DNA from: Botryllus schlosseri
Taxonomy: Eukaryota
Direction: 5' to 3'
Assembly (NCBI GenBank): GCA_051294905.1
Contig: CM119372.1
Coordinates: 31,002,001-31,066,000 of the forward strand
Length of the DNA stretch: 64,000 nucleotides
Position numbers and translations under genes: made by a program
Notes under the pieces: generated by a model
What the model was told of the DNA's origin: nothing
Database searches by the model: none
Seen by the model: only the letters and a program-made list of their open reading frames with translations
In this document: piece after piece, positions 13,486 to 25,200 of the stretch
Layout: the number at the start of each line of letters is the position of its first letter
Position numbering within the stretch: the first letter of the stretch is position 1

Positions 13486-15479
13486 AAGACTTCGGCTCTC
13501 CGAAATAAACCAGCGGCACAGCGCGACGGGAACCGGCAAATACTGGTCGCGCCAGGCGTGACTTATGTAGTGGGCAGGGACTGCCAAACATGTAGAATGT
13601 CTTTGCGCGGCTTCGGTATTTAGTCTGAGGCGTTTCGAACCTCTCACATTTTTGCGATAGCGTTCGTCGAAAAGCAGGGATGAATGAATGGAACCGTCTG
13701 ATCAAACGTCCCTACACCATCATTAACTTGAACGACACTGTTCATCGAAAATAATATCATCGATGATGCTGGATGCGAGGGTTGGAAGTTATGTGTAAAG
13801 ATTGCAATTTGCTACGGATGTATATTGGGCCAACCTGTGTTTTCATTAGGGGTTAATAAGTAAACCATTTCATTGTGACACTACTAATTCTAAATTTCGT
13901 GAGTGTGGTCTTGTACTGGTTGTTCCTATTCTCTTCCCAATTGTGCTGTATCTTTTGGGTCATAACAAATTTACCTTTTCTAATTTTGAATCTCTGGCCT
14001 TGATACGGCGATCATGGGGTCAATTTCTGTTTTCAAAGATTGATTGGTTTTGGTTAAGCCGCTGGTTGTGCTGGAGCACTTTTTGATATTTCAATCGCGA
14101 TACCCGCCCGTCAAACGAATAGTGCAATATATATAACGCTTTAGCGACAGAGCGTAGCGCATATAGTAGATATGTTGCGGTCACGAAATACCATTTTCAC
14201 CAAATCCTGTCGCCTCGATATCATATGTGCAAGTCTCAAGACTGGCCGTTTACATTGAGCCCGAACGTTGATATATGCCTGATGTGTGTCCCAAAACTAG
14301 TACAAATTTCGTTTGTTAGGTGATTGGTCACTCAGCCCGATTTCTGCCAGAAATATTTTACTCCAACCCGGCAGAACCTCTGGGCAGACCCGACTAAACT
14401 GTGAATAGTGCAGTTCATAGTACACGGTTGAAATTTATTTCTGATGTAATCAACAACGAAAAAATTAACAGCTTTGATTGCGAAAAATGCTCCTGACTTT
14501 CGAACTTTGTTTCGTGATGTTTTTGATCCTTTAATCTGGTGCTTCTCATTTCAAATGTCGTCTATGCCTTTGAATGCAGCATTTATCCGAGAACGGACAT
14601 AATACTGAAGCTTCCGCGACTCGGATTCGGTGTCTCTGATTTTCGAACAATGAAGCCCAAAATGGACGTAGCAAAGTCATAATGGCAATAGTACATTAGA
14701 TAATTTCTATTCAATTCTCACTCCTTTTATTTCGTTAGAATTATCTCCATAGAGTATATTACTATACTGTCTTTATCGCTTTCTTATTGCATGTAAAAGA
14801 GTCGAAAAGAATGGTACAATCCTTGTGACGGAGTAATAAAATACGACATATAGGTTCCATACAGTATATTGGTGGATTAGTCTGGGTGGTCGGTCGGTAG
14901 TTTGTGGGTTCACGTTCAAGCCACGGGATTTTTCTGGATAGCGCGGAGAAAAAAATTGCAGTGTTGACTTTCGGTTCTTATAGCATCGTCATCTTCCAAG
15001 CATGTCTGCGCGAGCTGTAGATGTCTTTGCCATCACCGTATAATTACAGACAACAGCAACTGCAACTGCAACATGCATTCGCTTGAATCAGTAGCATCGA
15101 AGTCGCTCATGACAAGAGACCCCTCACTTTACGTCCATAAAGACAATTTATGTCTCGTCACAAGTTATGAGACACTCGTGCAGTCTACTGCTAGTTAAGA
15201 AACTTATCCATACATCTTGAACAGGCAGCTTGCGCTGTAACTCCAATGCGGCTGTCACGTAAAGAACTATAACGCCGGTCTGATGTATCTGGTTACTGCG
15301 GAGTCGAGTAGGGTAGGTGTGGGACCGATGGCTGAAAAATATAAAATGTTCTCCAGCCTTCAAACCAGAACAACGCACAGGGCTTATATGGTCATTGGTC
15401 ACTCATCACAGCGGTGTCCGGCATTCGGCCCGCAAAGCAATGATGAGTAGGCTAAAAGAAAGAATGCCTGTGTTATCCC

Positions 15480-16685
15480 CAGAGGTGGTCAGTAACGAAG
15501 TACTTCTACTTTTTGGAAGTACTCAACTAGTTTTCCTCTACTTCTGGTACTTACTCAAGTAGATCTGATATTCTCTACTTCTACTTGGTAACATTTTCTG
15601 ATCTACTTACTTACTTATCGCTATTTTCAGTTTGTCAAGTAGAAGTAGTTTAATCTCCCAATATGAAAGACAGCCTGAGGAATTTCGGGGCTGGTTTCAC
15701 GTAGTACCAACATTTAATATTCATAAATGTCAAATAAACCCCAGAAATTATGTTGCGCTTCGCGCATAGTAGTGATGGAGTGGCAAATATGTTTTCATGA
15801 AAGTATCAGTGTATATCATTTAGGTACCGGATTGCTTGGTTCCGCTCACAACGCATTGTCGCCCATCTCTAATATTTCATCACAGTAAATATGGCCCACC
15901 ATAACGTTTGAAACTACCGTTTCGCAATCTAGCAATTACCTATCATATCGTAATCCGGCAGCCCAGTACGTGTGTTGTTAATCTGGAAAATCCAGCTTTT
16001 TTGAACGTTACACCTGTTTTACCAGATCACCTTTGAAGCTTTATGGAAAAAAGTACATTAAATATGTTTTCGTTTTTTAGAAGTGGTATTTGTATTTCAC
16101 TTTCAATTGCGAGTATCATACTTTGAGTTCTAATTACTTTCAGTTCTTTTGTCCGCAGAACATGCATGTTGTAGCATAAAAGCAAGTGTGGTAATGCCTC
16201 TATAAAAAAAAATAAAGCTACACTAAATACAACTTTTACGATCCACGATATTTGTTGTTAACGTATACTAATCGCGCAAAGTGATGAAACCGTATCCGAT
16301 ACAACTTCTGCGTATTGCTTTTCGCCATATAATAGGTTGGTATCGCATTTTCATATCAATATTATAATTTGCATCCCATGATGCGAAACAATGCTTATTC
16401 TGTCGAAAATTGATACCACCTAGGATGCATCAATACAAATCAGGCTCGCTGCACCTGCCGCATAGCTCAATTCGCAGCTTTTGACTGTCCGTGCGAACGA
16501 ATTAAGATTGTTTTCAAAAATACTTACTAACTTGAGTAGATTTAAAGTCAGTCAATTCTACTTCGACTTCAAGTAGTTTCAGATGGGTTATTTAAGAAGT
16601 ACTTCTACTCTTACTTGAGTAGATTTTTTCGTCGCTACTTCTACTTCTACTTGAGTAGCTTTCTTGACTACTTTGACCACCTCTG
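15480..16685. mobile_element. hAT-like non-autonomous element, family B (CAGAGGTGGTCA termini, CTACTT repeats)
   Basis: TIR CAGAGGTGGTCA...TGACCACCTCTG; colinear direct copy at 23106-24396; TSD decayed. Confidence 0.8.
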
Positions 16686-18307
16686 CTTATTAACGACAAC
16701 GCTGAACCTTCCTATGCAAGTTACACCGTGCAAATATCTTCGATGACACTGCTGTAACTGGGGTTGCATTTAAAACAAACTGTGTTTTAAAACTTTTTGT
16801 ATAAAACATGTTTTGCACAGTGTTAAGCAAATGCCGTTTTGAAAAACACAGAATTTGTTTTTTTAAACGTCTAATTATGCCATAATTGTGCAGATTCGTC
16901 CGAAAACCCATGTAGTGCGAGCCTATATATTTGCACCCAAAATAGTCGACGTATACGATGTGGAGGGGCTGAAACCCTCCAAATCGTCGTCGGTAAACAG
17001 TATATAGATCATTTGACGGAATGGGTGTTCTGATGATGCGATGACCGCCGATAGTAAAAATGCTGCATAACGACGTAGTCCTGGTTAAAGATATTTTTGG
17101 TCTGTTGTGTTTATGACAGACTATGACTAGTTCTCGTCAATGTATGTAGCCTATATAACAATGCTAAAATAACAAATATCAGTTATGTCAAATCCAGGGA
17201 TATATAGAACTCTATTCCCATATATCCCTGGTCAAATCCATTCAATGACGCTTCTGAAACACGGGAAGAGAATACATGGGATACCTACGCACTGCCTCAC
17301 CAGCGTCTAGCGCAATGGCGAGTAGACCTACCTGTCACACGACGAGTTATCTGTTCAGTTTGCTGGATATAAACATTTGTAGATTTTTTCTGTGAAGAGC
17401 ACATGACTCTAAAATTTTACTGACCACGACAGAACTGAGTGAAGTATTATTATAAGTAGTATAGTAGTATTGTAAGAATTATTGGCGCTAATCTACCATA
17501 AGGGTCTGGTGCGTCACGGTTTGTAATTACCTTCTGGTATCTTAAGACTCGAGTTCGAGTCCAAGTCCTAGTGTGTACTTCAGTATCGAATTCACGCCAG
17601 GGTCAACTGACTTCTATGAAACTAGTGGGTGTTATCGAAGGCCTTGCATTCACAGATACGTAATTTTTCTCACTCTAAACACGTTTATTCAAACTGATCA
17701 AAGACAGTCTGTGCACCTATTGTTCTAGTATCGGCTTGATAGTGGTATAGAATGTGTCGAGCCGTATGACGTGTCGAGTCATGCGACTTGACTTGAGTAC
17801 AAGTCGAGTCAACTCACAAATTGACTCAAGTCGAACCGAGCAATGAAGAATTGCGACCTGAGTCATTACAGTCCTGCATATAAGCCAGGATACCAGGAGA
17901 ACGGCATGGGCGGCCGTCGAATAATTTGAAATTGTTGGCGGGGGTATTCAGATTGGTCATGGATGGTACTTGGGTACATGAAGCAGAAAGCTTGTGATTT
18001 TCTACCCCGTTGCAAGTGTAAGTACTGATTTTAGGTGCATGCCAAAACTACATCAAATAATAGCATTGACAAAAGGTAATTGAGGTAGAGCCGCGCGGTT
18101 GTAGTCTGCACACGTAACCGCTTGAGTAAAAATAAACCAATATACAGTGAACACATTACGTCTGATCGTATGTGTTAAATCTTGCGTAGCCAATAGGCGG
18201 TGAACTGTTGTTTCGTCGTGGTGTGTGTAGGCTTATAAATTTGAAGATCCTGGAATTGTAACAAGTTTAGTTTGTATGAGTGAGAGAGTGTCTATTCGGT
18301 TCATGAG

Positions 18308-19175
18308 TAGGGCGTTTTTTTTTGACATGTCAAAATTTGTCAAAATTTTGTCAAAATTGTAGCGTTAGGTCAAAATTTGTCAAAATTTTTCATAAAGTCA
18401 AAAGTTTTTTGACGTCTGCATTTCGTTCGTATCGTAGATTTTGCACTGTCGGTGAACTTATCATTTGATATTTTACAGCTTGTAGCCTATTTTATAGGCC
18501 TACGGATGTAAACGGCTAATTGTCTGCTGATTGTGAATCATAAACGGTCAAATAAAACAAGTAGGTAAACATGGTGTTGGTCAACGTACCGCAATATCCT
18601 AACTGAAGAAAGACTTCTTGCGCATCGCATCATTTTTATATTAAGAAGCGCTTGATGAAAAATTGTGATGTAGACAACATTGTCAGAATGAAGCAACACG
18701 GTGTGTCACCAGCAGTGTACGCACAACTTGAGTGTTGTCAGCCAACAACTGCTGCCGTTGAACGTCCTTGGCAAACTTCTTAGTAAGGACATGCACTTTC
18801 TACCCAAGAATGTAGGAAAGTATCTCTCGTTGTACTACGAATTTTTTAAATTTTTTTCACCATAATACATATTGTAACCACTAGAATTCTTCTTACGGCC
18901 AGATTTCGGTAAAATATTGGTTTTTCCGTGTAAAATGTTGCATGTTTCTAAGCCAAAAACGTTTTTTCATGCCAAACTACTTCGTCAGGACAGTCAGTTC
19001 CAACCAGAAATGAAGATAAGTGGTATAATTTTAACATTATGTGGGAAAACACCTAATTTGCATACGTTAAGTCAAAATTTGGTCAAAATTCATTTTGTTT
19101 AGGTCAAAAAAAGTCAAAATTTAAATTTTTTAGGTCAAAATTTTGCTTTTTTTAGGTAAAAAAAAAACCGCCCTA
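18308..19175. mobile_element. hAT MITE, family A
   Basis: Termini TAGGGCG(T)n...(A)nCCGCCCTA, perfect TSD TTCATGAG (18300-18307, 19176-19183); reverse-complement homologue of 4104-4782. Confidence 0.88.
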
Positions 19176-19205
19176 TTCATGAGATTGAAGAACATTACTG
19201 AAGCA

Positions 19206-19211
19206 TTTATT
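19206..19211 (-). promoter_or_regulatory. Candidate polyadenylation signal (AATAAA) of the MOXD1-like gene
   Basis: TTTATT on + strand, about 75 nt downstream of the putative final stop codon at 19284. Confidence 0.4.
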
Positions 19212-19283
19212 AACGTTCATCAACTAAACTGATGATAACCCGGCTTCGATTCGTAATGGGCTTGAAATATATATTCTTCAAGC

Positions 19284-22200
19284 TTATGCATTACATGTCG
19301 GTTTCATAGATTTTTGCTGATGTCTTCTAATTTTACGGGAATAGAAGCGACTGTCGTGACTTCGCCGACAGTACATTAGTTTCGACAAGCTGAAACATAA
19401 AATTGGAGTCCTGTGTACTTGGATGGCTTGCTATTGCATATTTGCGTGAGTATTCAACGTATTTTTTATCGCAAAATGAGACTCTCGTACTGCCTATACT
19501 GCTAATGAAGAAGCTTATCCATTCATATCAAACCGGTAGCTTGCGATGTAACTTCAGCGCGGTCTGAAGTATCTGGTTTCTGCAAAATCAAGTAGAGGAG
19601 GTGTGGGACCAATGATAAAAAAATATCAAATGTTCTATGGCGTCCAAGCCTTTAAACCAGAACAGCGCACCGAGCTTTTGGTCACTCAGCACAGCGGTGT
19701 CCGACATTTGTCCCGCTATGCAAAGCAATGATGACTGGGCTATAGGGTTGCCATACATCCGGACATGTCCGGAATTCCACTGTACAAACCATTGTAAAAA
19801 CTATTTACAATGGTTCGGAATTTTGAAGGCTTGAAGTGAGCTCAATTTTTTCTCGGAAATCAACATAAACGATAATATTTTTACGCATATTTTTATTCTA
19901 TTTTGAATGCATGGCTTCCTCGACCGGACGATCAACTTGGACGCCACCCTCTGTTTGTTCCTCGCCTGCGCTTTTCTAGTTCACACCGTCCGATACTTTC
20001 TGCGTATCTGTGTTGGATTTTCGGCACGTCGTAAGGCTCCTTCAAACCCTGCAATAGTAACAAGTGGCAGTGAACCGAGTAGAGCCCGTTATGCGCTGTA
20101 AAATATGAAGTACACAGTATCCGTCTGACCTTTATTACAAACTGGGGAACACGTAACCTGATCTGCAAGCCTTCGGAAACCCCAAGTTTTCCCTGATCCA
20201 TAAAACAGAAATCTATCACAATTAGGGCCGGACACGGACACCAATGATTTCAGCACTGACCTATACTGAGTACTCAGATCTGAATCGAGTTTTAATTCTA
20301 ATGATTCGAGTCGAATAGTGAAAGACGATATTTTCGAGTACCGAAATGAAACGCTCCTCGCCACTGAAAGTTGATTTATCAACAAGAATCCTAGTTTCGA
20401 TACTGTTTTCCACTGTGGAAGACTTTGATTGGTCGTATCGAAGCATACGTAACATAGGACAAAGCTACGAACGTAGACGGGAAATAACATATTTCTGAAG
20501 TCATTATCAACTCACAACATATAGTCACAAATTCAAAAAAGGGGTATGATCGAAAAAATATCAAAGTTTCTTTAATGCGATAGAGAAAGGCATTATATTC
20601 TTTGTGGACGCAGAAACGATACGCACTTGAACTTTGACATCTTACATGCAGGTATTACGTCAAAATGAGTGAATACTTTACTATAGATTAGTGCTGCACA
20701 AAACGAACTGTGCACCAACAGAGTGCTAAGAAAACAAATCCAATAAAATATGATTTTCACTCAAAACGAATACATTGATATGAATCAGTGGCGGCTCGTG
20801 ACAATATCGGGTGGTGGGGCAAGGGCTGCAAGCGACTTTTTATCAAGATGACGTCACAATGGCGTTTTCCAACGTAAACAAGTAACTTGGTGGTACGGAC
20901 TACGATAACACGAACCTCCCAACAACAGTGATTTTAACGTATGTGCCGCGAGAGGTCTGCCGGTGAGCTGTGACTTGAAGTGTGGTAACTGCGTAAACGG
21001 CGTACGGAACAAAGATTCGACACGGTTCATGTCCGCACTATACCTGACTAATTATATGCAGAAATGGAAATGATTATAACTCGAGAGATTGCGTAGGCCT
21101 AACTGGAAAGGTCAACGAGTTCGGACACATACGCAATTGTTATCTCATAGATTGGACATGTCATATTGAATCCAAAACATAATTCTTAAGAACTACGGAT
21201 AGCAGCCTCGGAAATTCGGTCCCGGTACAGCATAGGAGATTTTGGCCTTGAGGCTGGAGACTGTCACACGACACATACGGCTTACGGTCTATAGTGTCTA
21301 TATGTCTGCTGCAAAATCGCCTTTGGAAAATATATTACCGAATAAATACTTGGATGAAAGCCGAAAACTTGGTACACTGTTACATGAAATCATCGAGAAG
21401 TAGCCTCCTGACCGTTTTCGGTATGGTACACTGTCAAAATTAATAGGCGACGAACAGACCAACACCGAATTTTGCGTAAAATTTACCGAGGAATAGGCTG
21501 ATCGAATGATCAGCTGTTAGCCGACATCGAAAATGAAATAGCTATCGCATTTGACAGGGGATTGTAAGCAAATGGTTTGAAGGCCACAATTTCACAGTGA
21601 AATGGACATTGGCGAACATAAAATTATGTGAATATTTGAATGCAAACCGAGAATCTTGGTTAGCTGTTTCATGCGATCATCGAGATATACCATTGGAAAT
21701 ATCATCACCGATCTCTCACTTGCAGAAAAACAGCTGCATACATAACATTTTGGGTTGAATTCAATTTATTAGATCCGCCGGTCCGCCTAATATCTTTTGA
21801 AATTTTACCGGTCCGCGAGGGGAAAAGGTTGAGAACCACTGGGCTAGACGTAATATGTTCATTAAAATATGTTTCTCAATTTTGGTGCGATATATGTTGC
21901 GATCATACCCAAATGTCTCGTAAGAAGCGTTACGCATTGTTATTACATTCGCTATCAGCTGTATTTGGGGAAATGGATTTTCGGCACTCATTCGCATGAA
22001 ATCGAAGGTGCGGATCTTCACCATCACTTATTTACAGAAATGAAGCCACACAAACCGCTTTCAAATAAAAGTCTACCAAATTTATACATAAATATGATGA
22101 TGTTATTTTCATGAAAAGAAATTTTGCTGCTGTTTATCACTAGCCCACAGTTACAGATGACGGTTGTGCGATAATTGAGCTAAATTTGTACTGGGATTTT

Positions 22201-25200
22201 GTGGGTCCGCGGGGGTCCGCGACGGTTCAAAAGGGGTCCGCGCAGACAAAAATGCTGAGAACCACTGGACCAAAATAAAACTGTCATAGTTTCGGAAAAC
22301 CGGTTTGTGCGTCTACTATCAGTTGAATTGACATTTTTTACGCGTCATATGCAGAATAAGCCGTCTTCACGTCCATATTTTGGCCGTGTAGTTTTGGCCG
22401 CCCCGTCTGGTACTTTCGCCGCCTTGTTCTCAAAATCGCCCACTGGGAGGCGATATCGCCCACGTTGGAAACCACTGGTATAACGTCTTCATTCAAAATA
22501 TGTAACTGTACCTCAATTGATCCATCATTAATCAAGCATAATTCCAAGAGTGGAGAGGCAAGTTGAACCTCATTGAACTTCCGTCGGCTGTAATCGGTCC
22601 ACTTTTTCTTTGAAAAAAACATACATATACGTTCAGAAAACACAATGAACAAATAATTCACATTCTAAAATGAAAAGAAATTGGGACAACAGTTTTATGC
22701 TTATGCATTTGACATTTGAAGCAACAGATACCGAATGCATCGAAGCTTGGCTCGATCGCCATCTCTCTCAGTGATTTAAAACCATTTTATTATCGCGATT
22801 CAATTTCTATTTTTAAAATGGTCCCCTACTCACCTCGAAACTTGGTAAGCTGATTATCAAACGATATCGTAAAATATAAGTCCAGCACCTTCGCCTAGAT
22901 TTGCTCTCGGCCAGTTCGAGAAACTTATCACGGAAAAAGATTATCACTTTCCTCCTATTCCATATACCTACGTACAACTCATTTGGGAAGCTAGTTAATG
23001 AAACGAATATTAAAAAAGCCCAGCACCTTCGCGATCCCCAACAAAATGAGAAACGTCCCACAAGTTGAAAACCTGTGATCTATCTAGTGTACCAAGTTGT
23101 CTAGTCAGAGGTGGTCAGTAACGAAGTACTTCTACTTTTTCCAAGTACTCACGTAGCTTTCCTCTACTTCTGGTACTTACTCAAGTAGATCTGATTTTCG
23201 CTACTTCTACTTCGTAATATTTTGTGATCTACTTACTTACTTTTCGCTATTTTCAGTTTTTCAAGTAGAAGTAGTTCAATCTTCCAATCAGGAAGATAGC
23301 CGGAGGAATTTCGGGGCTGTTTTCACGGACTATCAACATTTAATTTTCATAAAAGTTTAGTAAAGCCCAGAATTTTCGTCGCGCTTCTAGCGCAGTGCTG
23401 GATACAGAGTACCAGTATGATTTCACGAAAGTATCGGTGAATATAATTTAGGCAGAGGGTTGGCGTGGTTCCGTTCACACCACATTGTCGTCCTTCGTCC
23501 ATATCAAATAATTCATCGCAGTATATATGGCTTATCATAACGTTTGAAACTGATGTTTCGCAATCTAGCATTTACTTGTCATATCGTAATCTAGCATGTC
23601 CATTGTCCATGGTGTGTCCAAATCTGGAAAAGTGGACTCTGACTTTTTTTAGTTTTAGAGCTGTTTTAGCATACCACCTTTGAAACTTTCTGGACTGAAA
23701 ACATGAAATACATGTTCTGCTTTTACAAGTGGTATATATATTTCAGTATCATATACTTTGAGTTATAATTATTATCAGTTCTTTTGTCTGGATAACATAC
23801 ACGTTGAAGTATAAAAGCAAGTGTAGTAATGCCTTTAATTTCTGGAAATAAAGCTACACAATATGGCATTTTTACGGTCCACCATACTTTTTAATAACGT
23901 TTACTAATCGCGCAAAGTGTTTACACCGTATCCTATACAACTTCTCCGTATTGCTCTTCTACTAAACTACGGGCCTTATAATATGGGGAATGGCGCTATA
24001 CCATGCTATTTTCTAAAACGTGCTGTTCGAGAAAACAGAGGATAAGCATCGCATTTCCATATCAATACTATCATTTTCATCCCATGTTGTGGACGAATAC
24101 TTATGCTATCGAAAATTGGATACCTGCTGGTATGCATCAATATGAATCAAGCTCGTCACCTATCGCATAGCTCAATTTGCACCTTCTTACAATCCATGTA
24201 AACGAATTAGGATCGTTTTCATAACTACTTACTTACTTGAGTACTTTTAAAGTCAGTCAATTCTACTTCTACTACAAGTAGTTTTAGGTTGCTTATGGAA
24301 GAAGTAGGCCTACTTCTACTCGTACTTGAGTAGATTTTTTCGTCGCTACTTCTACTTCTATTTGAGTAGATTTCTTGACTACTTTGACCACCTCTTTGTC
24401 TAGTAAGCTACCAATCTGAGTGTACATATGACGGATCAGTCACCGGTGTAGTCGGCACCGTTGGGTAGCGCCACCGCAGATGGCGCGCGAGAGTAAGCCG
24501 GCCCGAGTCGGCTGTATATTTTTACGAATTTTCGGACGATTTTCTGGACTTGTCCCCGCCTGTACCGCTACAGTCCATTCATACGAAATCTTTACGAAAA
24601 GCTCTGACATTGCAAGTATACGACGAAGGACACGAGAATAGATTAGAAGAGCAAGCAAGCGCCAACGCACATTATCGGTCGAGGTCAGTTTTATATTCAT
24701 CAAATTATGGATGTTCGTAGGGTGCTTTTGACCAGCGTCGAAAATACAGACATTATATCCACATATATTACCAGCTTGTGAGGCGTGCGCTAACGCTATT
24801 ATATTCCTTACCGTCATGGCCGCATAGTAAACATCGCCAATGTTATTTTTCCCGAAGAATTTTTCCAAATCTAAAACAAACGTGTTTATCGGTTATGAAG
24901 CCGAACAGATCTCCATATAGTGCTTGATCTGTTAATGATTACCTCTGCCGTCCGGAGTTGCTTGACAATATGCATCATCCATTTTGGGATAATACATAAG
25001 AAATCCGAAGCACATTTCATCACGCGTGCCCAGCCCGCCCTGTCACAAGAGACGAAACAATACGAGAAATTGAATTTATAAAATGTATGCACTCTTTCTG
25101 CAGTGCAACTAATGCTGAGCAGCTCAACTCTAGACAGGTGATTCCCAACCGTGGCTCCAAGCTGCCCTTCTTTTGATTTTCAGAAACCCAGAAATTCAAC

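Noticed and set aside
24440..24868. 142-aa minus-strand ORF
   Set aside because: Only its first 19 codons are a MOXD1-like exon; the rest is read-through into intron.
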